Below, piece after piece: positions 1 through 9,516 of a stretch of DNA of 64,000 bases; the stretch's first letter is position 1, and each line of letters begins with the position of its first letter. The notes under the pieces were generated by a model. It had not been told where the DNA came from. It did no database searches and was given only the letters and a program-made list of their open reading frames with translations. A program made the translations under genes and the position numbers. Source of the stretch: Trichodelitschia bisporula (taxonomy: Eukaryota); the NCBI GenBank assembly GCA_010356995.1, contig ML996689.1, positions 576,691 through 640,690 of the forward strand, written 5' to 3'.

Positions 1-308
1 ACAACAGGAGCTACGATTTGACCTCAAGGGCTGCCGGGTTGCAGCATTATTTGTCTGACCCGCACCCTGTTGATCTTGCCCAACCTGAGGAGGAAATCCT
101 CGCGTGGGCCCAGGAATCCAACTCGTGGGTTTGCAGATATGTCTTGAAAGATGGGCAGACCAGTGTTTCCGGCCGCGAGCTCTCTGGTGGCTACTATGAG
201 GGCGCAGTGCCCATCGTCGATGAGTTGATTTGGAAAGCTGGCAAACGATTGGCATCGTGGATTAATGCATTGGCGGCGGAGCAGTCCCGGTCACCGGTCG
301 GGCCCTGA
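1..308 (+). CDS. S1/P1 nuclease family protein, 3' end only (truncated by window start)
   Basis: Translation WAQESNSWVCRYVL...ELSGGYYEGAVPIVDELIWKAGKRLASWINAL matches the recalled C-terminus of S1/P1 nucleases (WA.ESN..VC..V / YY..A.P.V...I.KAG.RLA.W.N); stop TGA at 306-308. Confidence 0.85.
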   Translation, partial: NRSYDLTSRAAGLQHYLSDPHPVDLAQPEEEILAWAQESNSWVCRYVLKDGQTSVSGRELSGGYYEGAVPIVDELIWKAGKRLASWINALAAEQSRSPVGP

Positions 309-765
309 GCAGACCGGCCCTAGGCTCTCCACTTGAAATCCGTATTCCGCATCGAAACAGTTTCGAGGTGATGAAAGTGCCTTGCAACTTTGCTGCACTC
401 TGAAAATGGCGCTGCACATAGGAAGTCCCTTGGCAGCCAGGAGCAGCTCAACATTGACTGGGCCAACCACTGCAACCTCGTTGCTACGGTGGCCACCACT
501 GCTGTGGTCACACAACTTCCACAGCCACCTTTCGCACGAAACCAGATGAATGGTAAAATTCCGTTATCGCTTCGCTTCACACTGGCTGCGGCGCCACAGT
601 GGGCGACGGCGGACGAAGAGACACTTACCTGCGACCTGGAGCTCAGCCTCTTCTCCCATTTCCTTCATGAACGCGCTTTTTCGGCGCTCAATCCCGCAAA
701 GTCGAGCTCACCGACCAGGTTTAGCCCTTTTAGTCCCAATCTCAAGTCATTTCTCTTCTTTCATC

Positions 766-3189
766 ATGGCAGGCAATCCAAGAAAGCGCACAGTCAACCG
801 GACGGAATGGCTCGAGGAACCTAGCTCCAACGGAAAGCGCTTCTTCATCCCGAACACCTGCAAGTGGATTCGGACCGAACAGCCTTTTACATCCTGGCTC
901 CGTAACGAAGACTTGTCGCCTTTACTATGGGTTAATGGGGCTCCTGGCAGTGGCAAGACCTTTCTCGCGCAGAACATCGTTGAATATATCACGGAGTCGA
1001 ACCCGCGTGCGACCGTCCTCAGTTACTTCTGCGATGCATATTCCACGCCGGCCTCGATTGCTCGTGCCTTCACCGCCCAGCTTCTCCGCGATGAACGGGT
1101 CGCCGAAGAGGCTCGTACTGATATTGCGCACGTCCTGGGGAGCCAGCCGGGACTAACGGATAATGCCGGCTTCCCGCTATGGGAGAAGCTTACTTCGCTG
1201 TCCCAATGGAATCGGTTAACCTTCATTGTCATTGATGGCCCAGATGAGATGAAGAAGGCTTACTTGGACGGCTCTGAATTTGACGTCCTCGACCGGCTTC
1301 TTCAAATCGTTCTCGTGAAGCCTGGGGCCGGAAGCGTCAGGGTCTTGGTCTCAAGCCGCCCGGAACCACACCTCCACGCGGTGCTTAAGCACTTCTCGCG
1401 GATGACACCCTCCGCCGAAAAGGTCTCCGAAGACATGGAGCGCTTTGTATCGGCTGAGATTACTCGATTCCCACAGCTGCAGCCACATCGAGAAAAGATT
1501 ATCAAGACGATATGCCCCGAGGCCGACGGGATATTTCTCTGGGCTGGGCTTGCGATCAAGGCCCTCGCTGCTACGGGCGCCGAGGGCGATATCATGCGCG
1601 ATCTCGATTACCCGACACTCGACAATCTGTACACCAAGATCCTCCAAGACACAGATGAATTATCACCTTTCGATCTTGACCTCCGCAAACATATCCTCGA
1701 AGCCATTACCGTGGCGGTCCGTCCACTTAGGGTTGTCGAGGTCATGAATGCGGTGCTTCTCTCTACGAACGCCTTGATTCTGGATTTTAGGACGAGAGCC
1801 ATCAAGGTCTGCGGCACGTTGGTGAAAATCGAGGATGACGAAATCAAGCCCATCCATTTCTCGCTCCGGGACTTCCTCCAGAAGCAACCAAAGCCCCTTC
1901 AGATCGAAAGCGCACATTTGCACATGACGCAAGCCTGTATCCAATACCTGAGTCACCCCGCCTTCACCAAGTTCTACGATGCACTACCAGATGTCGATCA
2001 ACTCCTCCGCGACTACCCGTTCTTAGAATACGCAGCCCTCTACTGGGTCGAGCATTTCACAGCTTCAACAGACCACCCAGGTCACTCAAAATCCATCGAA
2101 CTCGTATCAAATTTCTTCCGCACCACCCGCGCAGCCTTCTTCTGGGCCGATGCCCTCCTCCCCGCCCTCTCCACTCGCTCAGTCTACTCCCTCGCCCCAC
2201 GCCCCCCACTCAACGCCCGCTTCTTGCATCTCACAACCCTGATGTCGCGCGTCATCCGCGCCAGCGGCCCGGAACACACCCCAGCAACCACCTTCCTGCT
2301 CACCGCCTACGAGAACGCGCTGCAAACCGTACGCAAAACCCACGGACCCACGGACCCAATCACCCTAGAGCGCTCGCTCCACTATGCCGAACTCTGCAGC
2401 TGGGCTCCACACCAGGAAGTCGAAGCCGAGACGCTCCTCACCGCCGTCGTTTCCGCGGCTCAGCCGCACACGCACCGCGCCCTCGCCCTGACCGCACACT
2501 CCGCCCTCGCGGATGTATACAAGCGCGCGGCGCGCTTTGCCGACGCGCAGCGGCTGCTCGAGAAGGTGCTCTACCTGGCTGAGGAGGATGACGAGACCGT
2601 GCGACTGTTTGCGCTGGACGGGCTGGGGTGGGTACATTTGCGGCAGGCGCAGACGGGGCCGGAGAAGGAGCGCGGGGCGCGACTGATGGACGCGGAGAGG
2701 AGGTTTCGGGAGGCGCTGGCGGTTGCAGAGGGGAGGTATGGGGTGGGTGCATCGGTTACGGTGCGTTCGAGTGTGAGTCTTGCTGAGGTGCTTAGTGAGA
2801 TGGGAAGGGTGGAGGACGCGGAGGAGTTGTGTGCGACGCTTAAGGAGCATTTGGTGGCGCACAGGATGCATGGACATGCGATGCCGGCTGATAGTGTCTC
2901 GCGGTTGAATGCGTTGGCGGGAGTGCTTGGGAGGCAGGGGAAGTGGAGGGAGGCGGCGGAGACGTGGGAGGTTGTTGTGAAGGAGCGGCGGGGGATATTT
3001 GGGGAGGAGGGGAGAATGACTTTGGGTGCGACTATGCAGCTGGGGATTGCGAGGATGGAGAATGGAGAGGGTGATGTTGCAAGAGAGACTTTTATGGAGT
3101 TACTGCCGCTACAGGTGAAGGTGCTTGGGGAGCATCCGGATGTTGCGGAGACGAAGAGGAGGCTTGAAGCGCTTGGAGAGGGTGTCTGA
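766..3189 (+). CDS. NACHT NTPase + C-terminal TPR-like repeat protein (fungal NLR-like STAND protein)
   Basis: Likely start ATG 766 (atcATGG); in-frame ATG also at 550. TCKWI...F.SW then LLWVNGAPGSGKT (Walker A), YFC, FIVIDGPDE (Walker B), VLVSSRP, ADGIFLWA, HFSLRDFL, YPFLEYAA.YWVEH; C-terminal helical repeats (LADVYKRAARFADAQRLL, LAGVLGRQGKWREAAE, KVLGEHPD). Confidence 0.9.
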   Translation: MAGNPRKRTVNRTEWLEEPSSNGKRFFIPNTCKWIRTEQPFTSWLRNEDLSPLLWVNGAPGSGKTFLAQNIVEYITESNPRATVLSYFCDAYSTPASIARAFTAQLLRDERVAEEARTDIAHVLGSQPGLTDNAGFPLWEKLTSLSQWNRLTFIVIDGPDEMKKAYLDGSEFDVLDRLLQIVLVKPGAGSVRVLVSSRPEPHLHAVLKHFSRMTPSAEKVSEDMERFVSAEITRFPQLQPHREKIIKTICPEADGIFLWAGLAIKALAATGAEGDIMRDLDYPTLDNLYTKILQDTDELSPFDLDLRKHILEAITVAVRPLRVVEVMNAVLLSTNALILDFRTRAIKVCGTLVKIEDDEIKPIHFSLRDFLQKQPKPLQIESAHLHMTQACIQYLSHPAFTKFYDALPDVDQLLRDYPFLEYAALYWVEHFTASTDHPGHSKSIELVSNFFRTTRAAFFWADALLPALSTRSVYSLAPRPPLNARFLHLTTLMSRVIRASGPEHTPATTFLLTAYENALQTVRKTHGPTDPITLERSLHYAELCSWAPHQEVEAETLLTAVVSAAQPHTHRALALTAHSALADVYKRAARFADAQRLLEKVLYLAEEDDETVRLFALDGLGWVHLRQAQTGPEKERGARLMDAERRFREALAVAEGRYGVGASVTVRSSVSLAEVLSEMGRVEDAEELCATLKEHLVAHRMHGHAMPADSVSRLNALAGVLGRQGKWREAAETWEVVVKERRGIFGEEGRMTLGATMQLGIARMENGEGDVARETFMELLPLQVKVLGEHPDVAETKRRLEALGEGV

Positions 3190-3407
3190 GATGTACCGTC
3201 GACAGAGGAGGATCTTTTAGTAGCCGTCGGATTTAGTAGCTGTTGGATACAGTTTTGGATACTAATTTTGGATACTAGGGGAAGTTCAGGCTGTTCATCT
3301 CTTCGCACACTAAGTCCAGCGCATGTCATGTGATATCAAATGACGTAGTGATGAAACGAAGTCTCTAGGTGTATCCGACTCCAACGCCGCGTAATGCAGA
3401 TGTCCAA

Positions 3408-4113
3408 CTATGCCAGCATAGGTTCTGGTTCCGGTTCCGGCTCCGCCTGCGCTGCTTGTGTCTCCAATTGTTCCCTCGCTCTCCGCTCCCTCCGCTCTTT
3501 GGGCGTCTCCTCCCTCTCCAGCGCCTTGGACGGCGCGTCCGGCAGCTTGTCAATGCCGGCCACCTGGCGCTCCAGTTCAGCCAGCTCGTCCTCAACCTCA
3601 TCCTCATCCTGATTCGACATGCGCCCCGCCAGCATGTCACTAACTTCCTGCACGCCATTAGCCCCGCCCAGATTCCCAGAAACACAGCACCAACCTTAGC
3701 ATATCCCTGCGCCTCCGCCGAATCCTCCAGCAACTTCTCCACACCCTCAATCCCACCCATCTCCTTATGTATATCCTTCAACACCTTCGTACCCTGTTGC
3801 AAGCCGAACAGCACATCCCGCTGCACAAGCGCGAACTCCACATCCTGCGTCAGCGTCTCAAGGCTCGCAAGCTGCGCATCCGTCTTCGCCAGCAGCGATT
3901 CTTGGTATTTCTTCCGGCGGAGCGCGAGAAGCGCCCGCGCCTTGTCGTTGCGTCGCAGGCATTCGCGCGCGATTTCGGTTTCGCGGGAGGTGAGGACGGT
4001 GATGCGTTTTTGGTATTGCTGGAGGCGGTCGCGTTGGTAAGGTAGGGTGAGGAGGGGGGTGGAGGTTACTTGTCCTGCGCGGAGATCTTGTGCGAACTGT
4101 TGGACTGGCCCAT
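3408..4113 (-). CDS. VPS20: ESCRT-III subunit Vps20/CHMP6 (Snf7 family); intron-1/exon-2 junction appears defective
   Basis: ATG 4113 gives MGQSNSSHKISAQD (MGxxxS myristoylation motif); downstream QRDRLQQYQKRI...ARALLALRRKKYQESLL; intron 2 at 3694-3648 (GT..CTAAT..CAG); last exon EVSDMLAGRMSNQDEDEVEDELAEL. Confidence 0.9.
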
Positions 4114-4235
4114 GGTGTGTTGAGTGAGGAGGGCGCGTGCCTGCAGCTGCGTTGGAGGCTACTGGCACATGCGGATAGCTCGAGTGAAGCAATCGATAAG
4201 AGATGCGCTAGCCTGGATGTGGGGGACCCATGCTT

Positions 4236-4242
4236 CGATGAG
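4236..4242 (+). promoter_or_regulatory. PAC-like element (CGATGAG) in the 243-bp divergent VPS20/RIX7 promoter
   Basis: CGATGAG about 115 bp upstream of the ribosome-biogenesis gene RIX7; resembles the yeast PAC motif GCGATGAG. A short motif that could occur by chance. Confidence 0.3.
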
Positions 4243-4356
4243 GCCAGCTTTGACCACTCGGGAAATCATTTTTCCCGCTCAAAGGACATCAAATTGAAGA
4301 AAAGTTGAAGCTTTTTATACCGCGAATTCACGATCCGTCATTCCCCACTATACACC

Positions 4357-6543
4357 ATGGCCCCGGTCAAGGTTCGCCCGAGAGTAACACTCCAGCAGGG
4401 TTTGGATAAGGAAGTCTTCCAGGTCGTCCGCAAGCTCCAGGATGAAAACGAGGATGAGCGCATCTCAATCGACTCCATCATGACCTACATCCAATCCTCC
4501 AACTCGTCCCTCAAGCGCAAGCCCAAAGCCATGCTCTACAAAAGCGCCGAGCGCGTCCTAGACGTCCTCCGCGAAGACCAGAGCGACTCCGAAGCCGCCC
4601 TCGAAGAAAAAGAACCCGCAGACCTCCCCGACCGCCCCGTGAACTTCATGAACAAAAGCATCACGCGCGAATGGGCCGCGAAGGGCGCCATAACACCCGG
4701 CACCGGAACCTCCACCCCGAAGGAAAAGGACGAATCCCCAAAAAAGCGTGAGCCCCGCCAGATGAACGGCGAACCCGCGCGCAAGAAGCGCCGCACAGAA
4801 GTCGATCGCTCCCCACCGACATCCATCCGCCTCGCCGATATCGGCGGCGTCGACGCCGTAAAGCAAGTCCTGAAGAAGCACCTCGTGCTGCCCCTCCTCT
4901 GCCCGGAAGAGTACGTCAAGCGACGCATCGGCATCCCCCGCGGTATCCTTCTCCACGGCCCGCCCGGCTGCGGCAAAACCGTGCTCTCCAAAGCCTTCGC
5001 CGCCGCCCTCGGCGTCCCCTTCATCGAAATCCAGGGCCCGGCTATCGTGAGCGGCATGTCCGGCGAATCGGAGCAAAAGATCCGCGAGCACTTCGACGAA
5101 GCGCGGCGGCTGGCGCCGTGTCTGCTGTTCATCGATGAAATCGACGTGATTGCGCCGAAGCGTGACACCGCGCAGAGTCAGATGGAAAAGCGCATCGTGG
5201 CTCAGCTGCTTATTTCGATGGATAGTCTGGCCATGGAGCACAACGACGGCAAGCCCGTCATTGTATTGGCGGCTACAAACAGGCCCGACAGTCTCGACCC
5301 CGCCCTGCGCCGCGGCGGCCGCTTCGACACCGAAATCAACATGGGCGTGCCGAACGAAGCCATGCGCGAAGCCATCCTCCGGGCCCAAACGCGAGACACC
5401 CCGCTCGCACCGGACGTCGACTTCGCAACCCTCGCCAAAATGACGCCCGGCTTCGTAGGCGCCGACCTGCGCGATCTAGTCGGCAAAGCGGGGGAGTGGA
5501 GTATGGACCGGTACCGCGCGGCGCTGGAAGCCCAAGCCGCGGTCCTGGAAGATGGCATGGAGCTCGATGCCCCGATGTCCGCGACCGACGTGTCCATCCT
5601 GCGCCTCATCGCGCGCGCGCGCGACGCTGCAGCCCCGGACCCGCCGGGCTTCGACGACACATCAATCCCCATGGCGGCTTTCCTCGCCGTCCTGCCTTCC
5701 ATCCAACCCTCCTCCAAGCGTGAAGGCTTCGCCACCATCCCCGACACGACGTGGGAAGACATCGGCGCGCTGGGCGCGGTCCGCGAAGAACTAGAAATGG
5801 CCATCGTAGCGCCCATCTGCCATCCCGCGCGATACGCGCGCGTCGGAATCTCCGCCCCAACAGGGGTACTCCTCTGGGGCCCACCGGGATGTGGCAAAAC
5901 ACTCCTCGCCAAAGCCGTAGCGCGGGAAAGCAAAGCGAATTTCATAAGCGTCAAGGGGCCGGAGCTGCTCAACAAGTACGTCGGCGAATCCGAGCGCGCG
6001 ATACGGCAGGTCTTCACTCGCGCGCGCAGCTCGGTGCCCTGCGTGCTCTTCTTCGATGAACTTGACGCCCTGGTGCCCCGGCGCGACGCATCTCTCTCGG
6101 AAGCCAGTGCCCGGGTCGTGAATACGTTGCTCACGGAGCTGGACGGGCTGTCGGGGGCGCGGGAAGGGATCTACGTCGTTGCGGCGACGAATAGGCCCGA
6201 CACTATCGATCCGGCCATGATGCGGCCGGGCCGGTTGGAAAGTTTATTGTACATCGGACTGCCGGGGCCGGGCGAGAGGGTGGAGATCTTGCGTGCGCTG
6301 TTGAGGAGATCGCCGGTGAACGTTGGGTTCGCGGAGTTTGCGGCGAGGGACGAATGTGATGGGTTCAGTGGAGCGGATTTGGGTGCGTTGTTGAGGAAGG
6401 CGGGGCAGCAGGCGCTTAGACGGGGCGGGGAGGCTGTGGAGTGGGTTGATTTTGAGAGTGCGGTTGGGAGTGTTAGGAGGAGTGTGTTGGATGTGGGGAA
6501 GTATGAGCGCATGCGGGAGAAGTTGGCTAGTATGGTGTCGTAG
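4357..6543 (+). CDS. RIX7: Ribosome biogenesis AAA+ ATPase Rix7/NVL
   Basis: Intronless 728 aa; two AAA domains (GILLHGPPGCGKT...IVSGMSGESE...[30 protein letters not shown]...ELLNKYVGESERAIRQVF) and the linker QPSSKREGFATIP typical of Rix7/NVL. Confidence 0.93.
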   Translation: MAPVKVRPRVTLQQGLDKEVFQVVRKLQDENEDERISIDSIMTYIQSSNSSLKRKPKAMLYKSAERVLDVLREDQSDSEAALEEKEPADLPDRPVNFMNKSITREWAAKGAITPGTGTSTPKEKDESPKKREPRQMNGEPARKKRRTEVDRSPPTSIRLADIGGVDAVKQVLKKHLVLPLLCPEEYVKRRIGIPRGILLHGPPGCGKTVLSKAFAAALGVPFIEIQGPAIVSGMSGESEQKIREHFDEARRLAPCLLFIDEIDVIAPKRDTAQSQMEKRIVAQLLISMDSLAMEHNDGKPVIVLAATNRPDSLDPALRRGGRFDTEINMGVPNEAMREAILRAQTRDTPLAPDVDFATLAKMTPGFVGADLRDLVGKAGEWSMDRYRAALEAQAAVLEDGMELDAPMSATDVSILRLIARARDAAAPDPPGFDDTSIPMAAFLAVLPSIQPSSKREGFATIPDTTWEDIGALGAVREELEMAIVAPICHPARYARVGISAPTGVLLWGPPGCGKTLLAKAVARESKANFISVKGPELLNKYVGESERAIRQVFTRARSSVPCVLFFDELDALVPRRDASLSEASARVVNTLLTELDGLSGAREGIYVVAATNRPDTIDPAMMRPGRLESLLYIGLPGPGERVEILRALLRRSPVNVGFAEFAARDECDGFSGADLGALLRKAGQQALRRGGEAVEWVDFESAVGSVRRSVLDVGKYERMREKLASMVS

Positions 6544-6671
6544 ACTGTCAAGGGTATGGGATTATGTTGCGATCGGCACGGCATCATGGCACTGAACAGC
6601 ACTTTACGGAATTTGGTATGGCAAAGCTGGTGGTGATTTTTTCTGTGCTACAAACGTGTCCCTGATCCCGT

Positions 6672-7721
6672 TCACTGCTCAGATGGATTGAAGCCAGATG
6701 GGAGGACCTGGTTACTGTACTGAGGTAGGAGATCCGCGATTCCGAACAGCAACGAGTTCTCATTATACTGCGGGTCCGTGCTGAATATGGTGATACTCGA
6801 GACATACTTGGGGCCCATAAGGTGCTTGTGATCGATGAGCAGCAACGCAACCCCTCTGCCTTGAGGAGTGCCGAGCAATGCCATTCCTTCACTCGAACCC
6901 GGCATGTAGGTTTGTTTCCCATTTTCCCACGTGCCAACCCTGCCGTGAGCCGCCTCGATTTCTCGGATGACCCGCCGCGTGTCGTCGTCTGCGATGCCAT
7001 CACGGATGATCCACTGCAGCCTATTTATGTTCCCACCGCCAAAGGCCTGACCCATCTCGTCCCACATGTACCACACAACATCGCTCCAGTGCGCGATTGG
7101 CGGCCATTGCCAAAGTGGAACGGCCGCGGCTGGGTCAGTGACAGCTCGACCGATAGGCGACATCGAGGCGCCGGCGAAGATGAGTCCAGATTCCCAGTTG
7201 AGGATGACGCCGTAGTAAGCCCCCGTGTGGGGGACGTTGGCTCCGTCCGATGCATTCACCCAATCGTGGGCATGTGCAGCGATAGCACCTACATTCGGAG
7301 GATACTCCTTACTCATGCTGAGATCACGACGGAGGCCATCGTATTCAGGATCTTCAAAGTTATACTGATTGGGGCCGGGCATGGCAATCTCCCAGCCAAA
7401 GGCCTCCATGTCCTGAGCGGTAATGCGAGTATTGGGCGGCTGGTTGGGGCGATAGGTGTTGCCGCTGTAATAGTAGGCCTCATCGAAGGTGTGAGACAGC
7501 ATCATGCGATTATACAAGCATCCTCGCGCGATGACAGCATTGAAATCGAAGTTCTGGCGAGCTCGAAGACTACGATTGAAGGCATTGTGGCGTCCACGGT
7601 GCTCATCAGGCGTCTGGTCGTTGAAGTTCAGTGGCTCCGCAGCAAGAGCATGAGGGATCACGACTTGGGACGTGATGAGGAGAAGAAGGAGGGTGATGAA
7701 AAAGCGAAGGGAGGAGGCCAT
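6672..7721 (-). CDS. Secreted protein of unknown function
   Basis: ATG 7721, hydrophobic signal peptide MASSLRFFITLLLLLITSQVVIPHALA; 349-aa intronless ORF; C-terminal HWSDVVW and ALLGTPQGRGVALLLIDHK motifs. Confidence 0.75.
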   Translation of the reverse strand: MASSLRFFITLLLLLITSQVVIPHALAAEPLNFNDQTPDEHRGRHNAFNRSLRARQNFDFNAVIARGCLYNRMMLSHTFDEAYYYSGNTYRPNQPPNTRITAQDMEAFGWEIAMPGPNQYNFEDPEYDGLRRDLSMSKEYPPNVGAIAAHAHDWVNASDGANVPHTGAYYGVILNWESGLIFAGASMSPIGRAVTDPAAAVPLWQWPPIAHWSDVVWYMWDEMGQAFGGGNINRLQWIIRDGIADDDTRRVIREIEAAHGRVGTWENGKQTYMPGSSEGMALLGTPQGRGVALLLIDHKHLMGPKYVSSITIFSTDPQYNENSLLFGIADLLPQYSNQVLPSGFNPSEQ

Positions 7722-9516
7722 TGCGCCGAACTTGAATGAGTGGTTCAGAAGTTCGAATGGAAGCGGATCTAGAGAGAGACGGTGGCACACTTAGGTGCAC
7801 TCCGCGGGTGGCGGGGTGGGGGGGGGGGGCAGCAGTGAGAAGAGGAGGGTGTAGAGGAATGAGAGGATGGGGGGTTTTGGAGGGAGTCCATGGGGTTTTT
7901 GTGAATGAAGGCGCTGGGAGCTTACATCATGTGTTGAGCACGGAAGTTTCCTGGCGAGGAGCAAGGAGCGAGTGATGGTGCTGGCTGTGGGCGAAGGAAC
8001 GATGGCTGTGTGCGGAGTAAGTGGGAAAGTGCGACAGACGAGGCCGGGTGGGTACGATATGCCGTTCGTCATTGCTTTGAAGACTTTAATATCTTCACCA
8101 CGGATATGGACGGTCAGCACGGCCAGCACGGCCATTGAAGGAAGGGAAGAGCTCCATTATATCTCAGTCTGAACGCTGAGTATAAATGGAAGCATTCAGC
8201 GTCCCACGCATGGGGCCAAACCTTGCCTTACCATATGCCTCTGGGAAGGATAAGAGTTGGGTGTCCACAGCCTTCACACTCCAAACGCTTGGATCAAAGA
8301 CGGTGTCTCCTTTGGGATTTGGCTTGTGAATACTTGCGGGACGGGTCACGGCCGTTCCCGAGTGTCTGATGCCCGCCATGGCGGTATCAATGTCAGAGCC
8401 TATAGGTAGTCGATGCAGGACGGGGGAGATGCTCTGATACCCTCCCAGGTCCAGGGACTAAAGGCCCACACAATGCCATGCCCTTCGACAGTCACTCCAT
8501 CTGGCCGTTATATCCAGAAGAGCTGCCGTAGGGTCAAGGGTTGAGGAACGAGACACTACTAGCGCTTTAGGTGTCTGAGTTCTGACGGTCACTTAACAAC
8601 ACCATAATGCCGTCAACCGTGGTATAGTAGCCAACTGGTCGGTACCTGATGGTTAGCCTTGTGCTTTCTGTGATTTTATGCTATAATAGTCAGATATAAC
8701 GAAGATACGATTCGGTTAAAGCATTCTAAGGGGAGTCAACAAGCCTCGAAATCTAATCCCCATCTCCCCCGAACACCTGATCTTCCCGTTTGATACCTGC
8801 AATCGATGCCAACGACTGATGCCAAAAAACGCAACGAGCAAACTTAGTATGTTGTGTGGACAGGTCAGTGAGCGGCGTCCTCCCTCGAGGATAAATCCAA
8901 GCGAAGCAGATGATCAGAAAGGCTTCGGAACGGTGGTACGAAGCGGGGATCAAGAAGCCTGCCGTCCTTCCGTCTGGTGCCACTAGAATCGACTATCTCC
9001 ATCAAAAGCAGGGCAAACCCGTTGTTGAGGCCCCATGATGTGCCCGGAAAGGCTGAGGCTGTGACGCTTGTGAGATGGAAATGGGGAATACAAGGTGGAA
9101 ATGGTGAAATGATGAAAGGCTGATAAGATACGGATAAAACCAGGACGGAGGCAAGAGTGCCAAATCGTGGGGTCTCGACGTCGGCCAACAAAGATAACTA
9201 CGTCCACGGGCAAATGATCAGTTTCCAAAGAGAGGGAAGTGAAAGAGATAGGAAGCGGGAAGACATTGAAGTCGAAGCACCTGAGTCACGTGAATCAAAC
9301 CTGGCGGCCTTGTCGCCTGAATGGCATCGAATGATTTCGAGCGCAACTGCTTTCCGCGAAGCCACAACACCAAAGCCGATGCACATCAACAGCCTCACGT
9401 TTACATAGCCCGCTGAAACCCCCTCAAAAAAGTCTTGGGCTAACCACACGGAGCAATTGGCGTATGTCTTCCACCACCCCCACTCCCAAACTAACCCTCT
9501 TAGAAGCATCGCAACC

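Noticed and set aside
550..765. 72-aa N-terminal extension of the NACHT ORF from ATG 550
   Set aside because: No domain-like character, and the pyrimidine-rich leader plus better start context at 766 suggest UTR; not fully excluded.
4536..6134. Long antisense ORFs over RIX7 (and similar ones over other GC-rich genes)
   Set aside because: Shadow ORFs from GC-rich codon bias opposite confident genes.
7791..8379. Short minus-strand ORFs upstream of the secreted protein
   Set aside because: No recognisable motifs or convincing splice structure.
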